Source: Pedosphaera sp.
Lineage (GTDB): Bacteria; Verrucomicrobiota; Verrucomicrobiia; Limisphaerales; SIBH01
DNA length: 64,000 nt
Assembly: GCA_031414955.1 (NCBI GenBank)
Contig: JANOQV010000067.1
Span: forward strand, 13,062-77,061
Reading direction: 5' to 3'
Part shown: in pieces, positions 38,131 through 48,900 of the stretch
How positions within the stretch are numbered: the stretch's first letter is position 1
Layout: every line of letters starts with the position of its first letter
Made by a program: the position numbers and the translations under genes
Notes under the pieces: model-generated
Databases searched by the model: none
Told to the model about the DNA's origin: nothing
The model's input: only the letters and a program-made list of their open reading frames with translations

Positions 38131-39015
38131 GTGCCGTTCCGCAAAATAGCCCTCGTGGGAGTCGGCTTGCTCGGTGGATCGCTGGCCCTGGCGATTCGCG
38201 AACGCAAGCTGGCCCCGGTCGTGCGCGGTTATGTTCGACGGGCAACTTCCATCCTTGAATGCGAGCAGGCCGGCCTGCGGGACTTCGCCACCCTTGATCT
38301 CGCCGAGGCCGTGCGTGACGCCGATCTGGTGGTCCTCTGCACTCCGCTGGCGCAGATGGGCGAACTTGCGGCGCGCATGGTGCCGGCCCTGAAGCCCGGT
38401 GCCATCGTCACCGATGTTGGCAGCGTCAAGGGCAGCGTGGTCGCGGAACTGGAACCAATCCTCGCTCCGACCGGTGCCCATTTTATCGGCGCGCATCCCA
38501 TGGCGGGGGGCGAGAAAATGGGCGTGCTCGCGGCGCGCTCTGACTTGTTCGACCACGCCGTCTGTATTCTTACGCCCACGCCGCACACCCACGCGGCGGC
38601 TCTCCAACAATCCGAGGTCTTCTGGCGCGCGCTTGGCACCCGGCTGCTGACCCTGGCTCCGCAACGGCACGATGAGTTGGTGGCGCGGTGCAGCCACCTG
38701 CCGCACGCCTTGGCGGCGGGCTTGGCCAACTATGTCCTCGATTCGGCGCATCCGGCGGAGCAACCGCAGCTCTGTGCCGCCGGTTTTCGTGACACCACGC
38801 GCATCGCCTCCGGTTCCCCGGAGATGTGGCGCGACATCGCGGTGGCCAATCGCGAGCAGCTAGCCCGCGCGCTGGGAGTGTTCATCGGGGATTTGCAGAA
38901 GCTCCAGGGTGCCATCGCTGCGGGTGACGCCGAGGCCGTCGAGAAGTTTTTCACCACGGCCAAGCTGCGCCGTGACGAGTGGTCGGCGCAAGCGGCTTCG
39001 CCCTCGCCGGAATGA
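38131..39015 (+). CDS. tyrA: Prephenate/arogenate dehydrogenase
   Basis: GVGLLGGS, TDVGSVK, HPMAGGE, SHLPH and GFRDTTRIASGSPEMWRDI. Confidence 0.92.
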   Translation: MPFRKIALVGVGLLGGSLALAIRERKLAPVVRGYVRRATSILECEQAGLRDFATLDLAEAVRDADLVVLCTPLAQMGELAARMVPALKPGAIVTDVGSVKGSVVAELEPILAPTGAHFIGAHPMAGGEKMGVLAARSDLFDHAVCILTPTPHTHAAALQQSEVFWRALGTRLLTLAPQRHDELVARCSHLPHALAAGLANYVLDSAHPAEQPQLCAAGFRDTTRIASGSPEMWRDIAVANREQLARALGVFIGDLQKLQGAIAAGDAEAVEKFFTTAKLRRDEWSAQAASPSPE

Positions 39016-39146
39016 AGATCCAAGATCCAAGATCCAAGATCCAGGGAAGCACCAAACCCCAAGCTCCAAAGAGCGTCCGGCGCGGGTTCGTTTGGAGCTT
39101 GCTGCTTGAAGTTTCTCTGGAGCTTGGAGCCTGGAGCTTGGAGCTT
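39015..39146. repeat. Heptamer-armed inverted element (MITE-like)
   Basis: (AAGATCC)x4-AGGG-x3, spacer, then x3-CTCT-(GGAGCTT-like)x4. Confidence 0.9.
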
Positions 39147-39155
39147 TCCTGAAAA

Positions 39156-40631
39156 ATGCTTCGTGACCTCATTGAAATCGTCCCGCTCTCCGCTCCGGTT
39201 CACGCCGAGATCACCGTGCCCGGCTCCAAGAGCATCACTAATCGCGCGCTCATCCTGGCCGCGCTGGCCGATGGCGAGGTGCGGCTCGAGGGCGCGCTTT
39301 GGAGCGAGGACACGCAGGTGATGGTCGATGGCCTGCAACGCCTCGGCTTCGAGGTGAAAGTGGAGCCGGACCCGAATGAGTTCTGCAACCGCACCATCAC
39401 CGTGCGCGGGCGCGGCGGAGAAATTCCCAAGTCAGGCACGGCGGAAAAGCCCCTGGAGTTGTTCGTGGGCAATGCCGGCACGGCGGCGCGTTTTCTCTCC
39501 GCGATGGTCTGCCTCGGCCGCGGCGTGTATCGCCTGAGCGGTGTGCCGCGCATGCACGAGCGCCCGCAGGCGGCGCTGTTCCGCGCGTTGCGCGAACTGG
39601 GTTATCGGGTGGACTCGGCGAATGACAAATTGCCGGTGGTGATTCAAGGCACGGGGCCGCGCGCCGGGAAATGCCGCGTGAGCATCGAAGCCAGCTCGCA
39701 ATTCGCCAGCGCGCTCCTGCTCTGCGCCGCCCGCGGCGGCTGGCAAATCGAAGTCATGGGCGAGAACGCCGACGAGTCGCCCTACGTCGCAATGACGTCG
39801 GAGATGGTGAGGGTGTTCCCGAAGAAAGGCGGACATTTTCAAATCGAGCCGGATGCGTCGAGCGGGAGTTATTTTTGGGCGGCCGGATTAGTTGCAACAT
39901 TGTTCCCCAATGCTTCGCACGAGAACACGGGCCCCTTCATTACAAGGTGGCATCCGACCTCATCAGTTCCTCTCCCGGTTCTTGTTCGCAGTTGGCCATC
40001 GTCGCAATGGCAAATCGATGCGGCCTTCTTCGTGTTTCTGGGGTTACTCACGGCTCACGATCCCATGACCGAAGAGGAACGCGCTGACATGGAAAGGAAT
40101 TACGCCGAACAACATGGCCTAAAGTGGCGTGAGCGGGCGCAACGGGATTACGAAGAATGGGAGGCCAGGCATTACGCCGAGAATGGCGTGCCAGAGATTT
40201 CACGAGTTGATGATCTAGGCGATAGCATTATGACAGCGATCGTGACAGCGTCGCTAGGTGCCTGCCGTTTGCGCTTCACCGACCTCGGCCGCCTCCGCGT
40301 TCAAGAGTGCGAGCGCGTCATCGCCTTGCGCACCGAACTGAGCAAGTGCGGCGCAAAGGTCATCGAGACCGGGGATGCCTTGGAAGTTTTCCCCTCGCAA
40401 CTTCACGGCGCGGAGATCGAAACCTACGACGACCATCGCATGGCCATGTGTTTCGCGGTGCTGGGCTTGAAGGTGCCGGGCCTCAAGCTGCGCCACCCGG
40501 CCTGCGTGAAGAAGACGTTCCCGAACTTCTTCCAGAAGCTCGCCGCCGCCCCGCCGCACGGCCTCGGGGTCACGATTCTTGACGGCCACACCGGCCGCAA
40601 GCTGTCGCACGACGAGCTGTTCGCGGATTGA
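39156..40631 (+). CDS. aroA: 3-phosphoshikimate 1-carboxyvinyltransferase (EPSP synthase)
   Basis: PGSKSITNR, GNAGTAARF, RMHERP, SSQFASALL, RVQECER, DDHRMAM and KTFPNFF. Confidence 0.95.
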   Translation: MLRDLIEIVPLSAPVHAEITVPGSKSITNRALILAALADGEVRLEGALWSEDTQVMVDGLQRLGFEVKVEPDPNEFCNRTITVRGRGGEIPKSGTAEKPLELFVGNAGTAARFLSAMVCLGRGVYRLSGVPRMHERPQAALFRALRELGYRVDSANDKLPVVIQGTGPRAGKCRVSIEASSQFASALLLCAARGGWQIEVMGENADESPYVAMTSEMVRVFPKKGGHFQIEPDASSGSYFWAAGLVATLFPNASHENTGPFITRWHPTSSVPLPVLVRSWPSSQWQIDAAFFVFLGLLTAHDPMTEEERADMERNYAEQHGLKWRERAQRDYEEWEARHYAENGVPEISRVDDLGDSIMTAIVTASLGACRLRFTDLGRLRVQECERVIALRTELSKCGAKVIETGDALEVFPSQLHGAEIETYDDHRMAMCFAVLGLKVPGLKLRHPACVKKTFPNFFQKLAAAPPHGLGVTILDGHTGRKLSHDELFAD

Positions 40632-40632
40632 T

Positions 40633-40744
40633 GGAGCGCGCCGCACCGACGTCGCGCCAGGCGCTCCGGTGTCGTGGATATCCCGGCCAGTCGAGACCGT
40701 TCTCCACCTCGCCAGCCCTGCGCGACGTCGGTGCGGCGCGCTCC
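40633..40744. repeat. REPIN-like inverted repeat
   Basis: ggagcgcgccgcaccgacgtcgcgc mirrored by gcgcgacgtcggtgcggcgcgctcc. Confidence 0.85.
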
Positions 40745-40924
40745 GCCGATGCCCCCCGCTTCAGAAACCCCCGCCACCAGCCGAAGCACTGGAGCGACTC
40801 GACGATGCGAACTCACCGGACCACGGACTTATTCCCGCCGATGCGGTTTTACTTCCCGCGCCTGAATTTTTGTTCGCGCCCTGCGCGGAGGCTGGCCTAA
40901 GCTTCGCGCGCTCGCAGTTGCTCC

Positions 40925-41872
40925 ATGATCAAGGTTGAAAATTTGTCCAAACGCTATGCCGGTCACCGTGCGGTGACGGGGCTGACGTTTTCCGTCGAGG
41001 CGGGCGAGATCGTCGGGCTGCTCGGACCGAACGGCGCGGGCAAGTCCACCATCATGCGCATTCTCTCCTGCTTCATGCCGGCCACCTCCGGCACGGCGCG
41101 GGTGGCGGGCTTCGACGTATTCACCGAGGCGGACGAGGTGCGCCGGCGCATCGGCTACATGCCGGAGAGCAATCCGTTGCACCGCGACATGCGGGTGCGC
41201 GATTACCTGAAGTTTCGCGCCCGGCTCAAGGGGTTGGGCCGGCAGCGTTCCCGTGATCGGGTCGATGTCGTGATGGAGCAGTGCGGCCTGGCGGACGTGG
41301 GCAAGCGCGTCATCGGCCAGCTCTCCAAAGGCTACCAGCAGCGTGTCGGCCTGGCGGACGCGCTGGTGCATGAGCCGGACCTGATCATTCTCGACGAGCC
41401 GACGGCGGGCCTGGACCCGAACCAGATCCGCTCGGTGCGGCAGTTGATCAAAGACCTGGCAGGTCAGCACACCGTGCTGCTTTCGACGCACATTCTCCCG
41501 GAGGTCGAGATGATGTGCAGCCGGGTGCTTATCCTGCATCAAGGCCGGATGCTGGCGGATGACACGCCGCGCAACCTGGAGAAGCTGATGAGCGCCGGAG
41601 GGCAGGTTCTGGCCGAGATTGCCGCGCCGATGCATGAATTGCAGGACTGCTGGGAGCACGCGGCCGAGATCGAGCATTTCGATCTGGTGCATGTGGAGGG
41701 CGATTACATCCGCTGTGCCCTGACCTCGCGGCCCGGACTGGATTTGCGCCCGCAGATTTTCGAGGTGGTGCGCAAGCGCGGCTGGAAGCTGCGCGAACTG
41801 ACCAGCAGCCGGCATTCTCTGGAGGATATTTTCGTGCGCGTGACCCGGGCGGACCGAGAGGAGGAGCACTGA
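40925..41872 (+). CDS. ABC transporter ATP-binding protein (GldA-like)
   Basis: GPNGAGKST, LSKGYQQR and ILDEPTAGLDP. Confidence 0.93.
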   Translation: MIKVENLSKRYAGHRAVTGLTFSVEAGEIVGLLGPNGAGKSTIMRILSCFMPATSGTARVAGFDVFTEADEVRRRIGYMPESNPLHRDMRVRDYLKFRARLKGLGRQRSRDRVDVVMEQCGLADVGKRVIGQLSKGYQQRVGLADALVHEPDLIILDEPTAGLDPNQIRSVRQLIKDLAGQHTVLLSTHILPEVEMMCSRVLILHQGRMLADDTPRNLEKLMSAGGQVLAEIAAPMHELQDCWEHAAEIEHFDLVHVEGDYIRCALTSRPGLDLRPQIFEVVRKRGWKLRELTSSRHSLEDIFVRVTRADREEEH

Positions 41873-41873
41873 G

Positions 41874-42626
41874 ATGCGCGTCTGGCGAACACTGGTGCGG
41901 CGCGAACTGGGCGGCTATTTCGTCTCTTGGACGGGCTATGTGGTCATCTCGGTGGTGGTCTTTCTGCTCGGACTCTGCTTCGTGAACCTGCTCCAGGCGC
42001 TCAACGCCGAAAAGACCGAGCAGCCGCTGATGGAGCTGTTCTACAGCACCTACTATTTCTGGCTGATCCTGATTCTGACCTCGCCGGTCATCACCATGCG
42101 CTCGTTTGCCCTGGAGAAATCCACCGGCACGTTCGAGACACTGATGACGACGCCGGTGAGCGACCTGCAGGTGGTGCTGGCCAAGTTCGCCGGGGCGATG
42201 ATTTTCTATCTGCTGATGTGGAGCCCGCTGGCCGCGTGCCTCTTCATTGTGCGGCACTTTAGCAATGATCCCACGGTGGTGCAGGCGGGCACAGTGGCCA
42301 GCACGGCACTGGGCATCACGCTGCTGGGCGGACTCTACATGTCGGTGGGCTGCTTCGCCTCCTCGCTCACGCGCAATCAGATCGTCGCGGCCATGTTCAG
42401 CTTTGCCCTGGGCATTTCACTCTTCATGACCAGTTTTCTCTCGTCGGCCATGTCTGGCCGGACGGGCTGGGTGCAAAAAATTCTCGTCCACCTTTCGCTG
42501 GTCGAGCACATGCGCGACTTCGCCCACGGGGTGGTGGATGTGCGCCCCTTGGTCTTTTACCTGTCGCTCACCGCGCTGTTTCTCTTCCTCACGCTCAAGG
42601 CGGTGGAAAGCCGGAGGTGGAAATGA
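41874..42626 (+). CDS. ABC-2 permease (GldF-like)
   Basis: RRELGGYF, TMRSFALEKSTGTFETLMTTPV and SSLTRNQIVA. Confidence 0.9.
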   Translation: MRVWRTLVRRELGGYFVSWTGYVVISVVVFLLGLCFVNLLQALNAEKTEQPLMELFYSTYYFWLILILTSPVITMRSFALEKSTGTFETLMTTPVSDLQVVLAKFAGAMIFYLLMWSPLAACLFIVRHFSNDPTVVQAGTVASTALGITLLGGLYMSVGCFASSLTRNQIVAAMFSFALGISLFMTSFLSSAMSGRTGWVQKILVHLSLVEHMRDFAHGVVDVRPLVFYLSLTALFLFLTLKAVESRRWK

Positions 42627-44116
42627 TCGGCGACGAGCAGCGCGACGCCCCGAGTTTCTCGCTCGCCCGGCGCTGGGCGGCGGTGCTGAACCTCGTCCTC
42701 ACCGCCGCTGCGGTGGCGGCACTGGTGGGCATGTTCAACTACCTCGTCATTCGCCATCACACCCGCTTCCACTGGAACCGAGAGACGGGCGGCGAGTTGT
42801 CCAAGCGCACCCGCACCGTGCTCGCGGCGCTGACCAACCAGATCAAGGTCATCGTCTATTTCGACTCGGAAGACGGGCTGTTCCCGCGCGTGAAGTCCCT
42901 GCTCAAGGAATACGAGTTCGTCAACCCACGGGTGCAGTTGCAATTCGTCGATTACCTGCGCGATGCCGGCGCGGCCAGCCTGGTCAAGTCCCAGTTCGGC
43001 CTCAACTCGGCCAGTGACAAGAACGTGATCATCTTCTGGTGCAACGGCCGCAAGCAGATCGTGAACGCGGGCGCCCTCTCGGACTATGACTACTCGAAGC
43101 TGGTCAGCGGCGAGAGCAAGGAGGTCGAGCGCACGCACTTCAAGGGCGAACTGCTCTTCACCTCGGCCCTCTACGCGGTGGCGAGCGAGCGTTCGCCGGT
43201 GGCGTATTTCCTCATTGGCAATGGGGAGCATCCGCCGGGCGGCGCCGACCATCCGGACAGTTACGGAAAATTCGCCGAGCGTCTGCACGAGGAAAACAAC
43301 TTCACCAACCGTCTGCTCACCCTGGGCGGGACCAACGAGGTGCCGGCCGATTGCAACCTGCTGGTCATTTCCGGCCCTACCCAGCCCATCCAGGCGGGCG
43401 ATTTGGAGAAAATCCAGCGCTACCTCGAACGCGGCGGACGCGCGCTCATCGCCTTCAGCAGCGCCACCGTGACCCCGGTGATCCGGCGCACGGGACTGGA
43501 ACGCTTGCTCGCCCGTTGGGGCGTGGATGTGGGGGAGAACGTCATCATCGACCGGGACAATTCCGCCAGCACCTCGGGTCTGGACGTGATGCCGGTCGAT
43601 CTGGGCGCGCATCCCATCGTCAGTCCGCTGCGCAATTCGCAGGTGCTGCTCTATCTGCCGCGCTCGATCCAGATGCTGCGTCCCGCCGCGCGCGGTGAGG
43701 AAATCAAGGTGGAGGAGCTGTTGCTGACCGGCCCGAAAAGTCTGGTTTTCACCGATCTGCGCAAAAGCGAATTCGACCCGGCTCAGACGGGTCCGAAGTC
43801 GCTCATGGTGGCGGTGGAGAAAAGCGTGCCCGGCCTGCAACGCGGATCGACCCGGCTGGTGGTGATCGGCGATTCGAGCCTGTGGGGCAACCAGCTCATC
43901 GACGTGAAGGCCAACAGCGAACTGGCCACCTCGGCCGCCAACTGGCTGGTTAACCAGACCGTGTTGCTCGCGGACATTCAGCCCCGGCCGATTCACACGT
44001 ACAAACTGGCCATGACCCGCGCGCAGATGCGCTCGGTGCAATGGCTCCTGCTGCTCGGGCTGCCCGGGGGCGTCCTGCTGCTCGGGCTGCTGGTCTGGCT
44101 GCGCCGCCGCAATTGA
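42623..44116 (+). CDS. GldG-like ABC auxiliary component
   Basis: LSKRT..L..L, LLKEY, YFLIGNGE, RLVVIGDS and NWL; TM at both ends. Confidence 0.85.
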   Translation: MIGDEQRDAPSFSLARRWAAVLNLVLTAAAVAALVGMFNYLVIRHHTRFHWNRETGGELSKRTRTVLAALTNQIKVIVYFDSEDGLFPRVKSLLKEYEFVNPRVQLQFVDYLRDAGAASLVKSQFGLNSASDKNVIIFWCNGRKQIVNAGALSDYDYSKLVSGESKEVERTHFKGELLFTSALYAVASERSPVAYFLIGNGEHPPGGADHPDSYGKFAERLHEENNFTNRLLTLGGTNEVPADCNLLVISGPTQPIQAGDLEKIQRYLERGGRALIAFSSATVTPVIRRTGLERLLARWGVDVGENVIIDRDNSASTSGLDVMPVDLGAHPIVSPLRNSQVLLYLPRSIQMLRPAARGEEIKVEELLLTGPKSLVFTDLRKSEFDPAQTGPKSLMVAVEKSVPGLQRGSTRLVVIGDSSLWGNQLIDVKANSELATSAANWLVNQTVLLADIQPRPIHTYKLAMTRAQMRSVQWLLLLGLPGGVLLLGLLVWLRRRN

Positions 44117-44117
44117 A

Positions 44118-45923
44118 ATGAGCTGGAAGCACACATGGATTCTGGTCGGACTGGCCGGCGCTCTTTTCGCCTTCATCGTCCTGGTCGAGCGGCGCTTCGA
44201 CCCGACCGGCACCGTGCCCGAGCCGAAGCCGCTCTTCGCTTCCTTCAAACCCTCGGCGGCCACGGCCATCCAGATTCGGCGCGGCTCGCAGTATGTGATC
44301 AACCTGGAGCGCACCAACGGCGGCTGGGCCTTCACGAAAAAGTTTCCCTACCCGGCGGCGGCCTTCCCCGTGCAAAGTTTCCTGGAGCAACTGGAGCGCG
44401 CCGTTCCGGCCACGCGCATTTCGGCCCGCGAGATTCTGGCCCACAAACAATCCTCCGCTGACTACGGCCTCGACACCCCGGCCATTGTCGTCTCGCTCGA
44501 TCAAGGCCGGGAGCGGCGCGAGCTGCGCATCGGCGCCCGCACCTCGGCGGGCGATCAGCTTTACGTCCAGGTGGGCAGCGACCCGACGGTGTGCGTGGTG
44601 GGCGTGGACTTGCTCGACAAATTGCCGCGTACCCAGAACGACTGGCGCGACAGCGCCCTTTTCCATCTGGGCGGGGCCGGCGTGGAGCGCTGTGAGATCG
44701 CGCACCGTGGCGCGGGTTTCCGGCTCCAGCTCAATCCGACCAACCAGCAATGGCGGCTCATCCATCCGCCGCATCGCGCCGACCAGGATGCCGTGGCCCT
44801 GCTGCTCAAACAGCTCCAGGACGCGCGGGCCGTGGAGTTCGTGACCGACACGGACACGGAGGCGGAGGCGTTTGGTTTCGCGACGCCGGATTTTGAAGTG
44901 ACGCTGGGCACGGCCACTCTCTCGCAAAAGGTGCAGTTCGGTCGCGCGGCCACGAACGATCCCGCGCGCGTCTATGCGCGGATTATGGCCCAGACCAACA
45001 TCGTGCTTGTGCCCAAGGCGCTGGTCGATCTGCTGGCCACGCCCTATTCGGAATTGCGCGAGCGGCAACTGGCTCCCTTCGTGCCTGAGCTGATCGATTC
45101 CATCGAAGTGCGCGGCGACGAGACGTTCACCGTGCGGCGTGCGGCCAATGGCGGATGGATGGTCGATGAAGTTCCGGTGGATGCCTTGTTCGTGGAACAG
45201 CGGCTGTTTGAATTGAGCCGGCTGCGGGCTGCGGAATTTGTGAAAGACGTGGTCACGGATTTCGCCCCCTTCGGTCTGGAACCTTCCTTGCGGCAATACA
45301 GCCTGCGCACGGTGGTGACCAATGCCAGCGGCCCGACCAACGTGCTGGTGGCCCGGTTTGAATTCGGAGGCATGACTCCGGGCGGCCTGGTCTATGCCCG
45401 GCGCTCGGATGAGAACTCTGTTTACTCGATCCCGCTGCTGGAATTCTCCCGCATGCCCGGCGCGGCCTGGCAGTTGCGCACCCATCGGGTCTGGAATTTC
45501 ACCACCAACCAGCTCGCGAAAGTGTCGGTGCAGGAGGGTGCCGCCGGGCGCGAGGCGCTGCGCCAGCCCAATGGGGAATGGGTGCCGGTGAAAGGCTGGA
45601 CGGAGAACCTCAATCCTTTCGCGCTGGAGGAAATCGCGCTCGGCCTCAGCCAGCTTCACGCCGTGGCCTGGGTGGCGCGCGGCGCGGGCGTGCGCGAAAA
45701 GTTTGGTTTCGCCGCCGACGCCACCAAACTCTCCGTCGAGTTGCGCGGCGACAAGCCGCAGGTCCTGACCATTGAATTCGGCGGCAGCACGCCGATGCAG
45801 ATTCCCTACGGGCTGGTCGAGTTGAACGGCCAGCCGACGCTGTTTGAATTCCCCTGGCCGCTCTACGGGGATTTGCTGCGCTACTTCCACCTCACCACGC
45901 CGCCGCGCCGGGCTGCCAAGTGA
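44118..45923 (+). CDS. DUF4340-domain protein
   Basis: Three repeats with YGLDTP, FGFATP and FGLEP motifs; WRDSALF and LRERQL; follows a GldG-like gene. Confidence 0.85.
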   Translation: MSWKHTWILVGLAGALFAFIVLVERRFDPTGTVPEPKPLFASFKPSAATAIQIRRGSQYVINLERTNGGWAFTKKFPYPAAAFPVQSFLEQLERAVPATRISAREILAHKQSSADYGLDTPAIVVSLDQGRERRELRIGARTSAGDQLYVQVGSDPTVCVVGVDLLDKLPRTQNDWRDSALFHLGGAGVERCEIAHRGAGFRLQLNPTNQQWRLIHPPHRADQDAVALLLKQLQDARAVEFVTDTDTEAEAFGFATPDFEVTLGTATLSQKVQFGRAATNDPARVYARIMAQTNIVLVPKALVDLLATPYSELRERQLAPFVPELIDSIEVRGDETFTVRRAANGGWMVDEVPVDALFVEQRLFELSRLRAAEFVKDVVTDFAPFGLEPSLRQYSLRTVVTNASGPTNVLVARFEFGGMTPGGLVYARRSDENSVYSIPLLEFSRMPGAAWQLRTHRVWNFTTNQLAKVSVQEGAAGREALRQPNGEWVPVKGWTENLNPFALEEIALGLSQLHAVAWVARGAGVREKFGFAADATKLSVELRGDKPQVLTIEFGGSTPMQIPYGLVELNGQPTLFEFPWPLYGDLLRYFHLTTPPRRAAK

Positions 45924-45924
45924 T

Positions 45925-48900
45925 ATGGGCCGCCGGTGGCAAAGCCGCGGCTGGCGCATCGCCCGACGAACCTTCCGGTGGTGCCGCATCACCGTCTGGC
46001 TGCTCCTTCTCACCCTGCTGGTCACCGCCATCTGGCTGCATTACTACGGCCTGCCGGGCTTCATGAAGGATCAACTCGTGGTCGCGTTGCGCGAGCGAGG
46101 TCTGGAACTGCAATTCACCCGCATGAGGCTGGCCTGGGATCGGGGCGTGGTCGCGGATAACATCCAGTTCGGACGCAGCGGCCAGCCCCGCGGCCCGCGC
46201 GCCTCGGCCAAGGAGGCGGAGGTCCATCTGAACTTCCAGGATTTGATCCGCCTGCGCCTCGACATCAAGGGCGTGGCCCTGCGCGGCGGGCACGTCACCC
46301 TCCCCATCTGGGGCACGAACGATCAGCCCCGCGATTTGGTCATCGAGAAGTTGAACGGTGAGTTGCGTTTCCTGCCGGACGATGCCTGGAACCTCACCGG
46401 GTTGAGCGCGGAATCCTTCGGAGTGGAACTTCTCCTGGGCGGCACAATCACCCACGCCTCGGAGATCCGGCATTGGAAATTCGGCCTCCAAAAACCCGAC
46501 CCCAGGAGCGCGCAAGCCTTCTGGCACGATTTCATCCGGCAGTTCGAGGAGACGCAGTTCCAGCCTCCCACCAAGATCGTTGGCAACCTCTCCGGCGATG
46601 CGCGCGATTTGAGAACCTTCCGGGCCAGCCTGCGCGTCACCTCGCCCGCCATTGATTCGCCGTGGGGGCGGGGCACCAACTTCAATCTCACGGCGCAGAT
46701 CACGCCGGCCCCCGGCGAACTGATCCATGCCGAAGTCCGTCTGCAGGCCGAGCACGCCGACACGCGCTGGGGCCAGGCGCAGAGCGTGCAGCTGGAGGCG
46801 CAGATCACTCCGTCGCTCACCCAGTGGACGCCGACCAACGCGCACCTTGATCTGCAATTGAAGCGCGCTTCCACGCCGTGGGCCGGGGCGGCGTCGCTGT
46901 CCATCAAGGCCGACTTTCGGCCCAATCCCTCCGACCCCGCCTCGGCCCTGGCGGAGTACACGATCCGCGGCCAGCAGATTCAAGGTCAGTGGGCGCGCTT
47001 CGCCCAGGCCGAATTGAGCGCGGCGGGCGTGGTCTCGGCTTCGAACGCCTGGCCTGTTTCGGCGCGGACGAAGTTTCAATTTGCCGGCGGAGAAATCGAC
47101 GCGGGCCGCGCCTCCGCCGGCACCATCGAGGCGTCGCTCGTGCTCCCGCCGCTGGCTACGCTCCAGCTCACCAATGCCGCCCTCTCGTGGTGGTCGCGGC
47201 TCGATCAGGTGCAGGGCGAGGTTGCGGCGCAGTTGTCGGACGTGCATGCGCCGAAGCTCGATCTGAAAAGCCTCCGCCTGAAATCCTCCTGGCATTCGCC
47301 GCTGCTGCTCGTGCCGGAACTGAACGCGGAACTTTACGATGGCACCCTGCAAGGTTCGGCCCGCCTGGACACGGGGACGCGCCGGCTGTCCGCGCAGATC
47401 AAGTCTGACTTCGATCCGCAAAAGGCCGGACCGTTGCTGGGCACCAATGCGCAACAGTGGCTGACGCAGTTTGGCTGGGCGCAACCGCCGAAGCTTTCAG
47501 CCCAACTGCTGGTCACGCTGCCGGTCTGGACCAACCAGGCGCTTTGGAACGCGACAGATTGGCCGGACGAAGTGCTGCCTACGCTGGCGTTGGAGGGCGG
47601 GTTTCAAGTCGGACCGATCAAGGGCCGGGGGGTGGCGCTGCGCGGCGCGCAATCCGACTTCGCCTACAGCAATCGGATCTGGCGGCTGCCCACGCTCGTG
47701 CTCACCACGCCCGAGGGGCAGGCTCGCATTGCGCACGTCGCCAACCTGGCGACGCGCGACTTCAGCTTCGTCCTCGACAGCCGGATCGATCCCCGGCTCA
47801 TTCAGCCGCTGCTCGGTCCGCAAGCGCAGCAGGCCATCGACGAGTTCACCCTTACTTCACCGCCGGAGATTCACGCCGAGATCGCCGGGCGCTGGTCCGA
47901 ACTGGAAAACCTCACGGCCCGCGCCACCATTGCCATCACCAACGCCGGCTATCGCCAACAGGTGGCGCTGGAAGCCCGCGCCTTGATCACCTTCACCAAC
48001 CGCGTCTTGAGCATCGTGGATCCGGTGGTGGTCCGCCCGGAGGGCACGGGCTACGCGGATTCCGTGGTGCTCGATTTCCCGCGCCAGCGGCTTTTCCTCA
48101 ACCACGCTCACGGCTCGCTCGATGCGCGGGCCGTCGTGACCGCCGTCGGCTCGAACGTGGCCCAGCTCATGGAGCCTTATCGCTTCCTCCAGGCGCCACA
48201 CGGCCGCGTGGACGGCTACGTCAATCTCGAGGACGGTTCGTTGAGCGACTTGCGCTTTCAGCTCGGTGGCGGCCCGTTCGAGTGGCGCACGTTTCGCTTC
48301 CAACAAATCACCGGCGACATTCATTGGGCCGGAACTTCCCTCACCGTGTCCAACATCCAGGGCACCATGCACGGCGGCACGATGGAAGCCTCGATGAAGC
48401 TCGGCTTCACCGCCCGGGATGGAGTGAACTTCGCCTTCGCCTCCACGGTCACGAACATCAACCTGCGCTCGTTCATCAAGGACGTGGGCAACACCACCAA
48501 CACGCTGGAAGGGACGATGGGCGGCCGGCTCGTGATCACCAAGGCCAACAGCGATGATCCCAAAAGCTGGTTCGGCCACGGCGACACCTCGCTCAAGGAC
48601 GGATTGATCTGGGAGGTGCCGGTTTTCGGTCTCTTCTCGCCCGTGCTCAATCTCGTCGTGCCCGGCTCGGGCAACAACCGCGCCAAGGAGGCGGACGCCA
48701 CCTTCGTCATCACCAACAGTGTGATTCGAACCGACAACCTGGAAATCCAGGCCTCGGGCATGAGGCTCACCTACGATGGCTGGATTGATTTCGACACCCG
48801 GCTCGACGGCCGGATGGAAGCGGCGCTGTTTCGCGACACACCTGGACTAGGCCCGGTGGTCAGCACGGTTTTCTGGCCCGTGACCAAGCTGCTCGAATAC

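Noticed and set aside
40631..40900. ORF starting in the aroA stop (TGATG) and crossing a REPIN
   Set aside because: It ends 24 nt before the next start, so it is not a convincing translational bridge.
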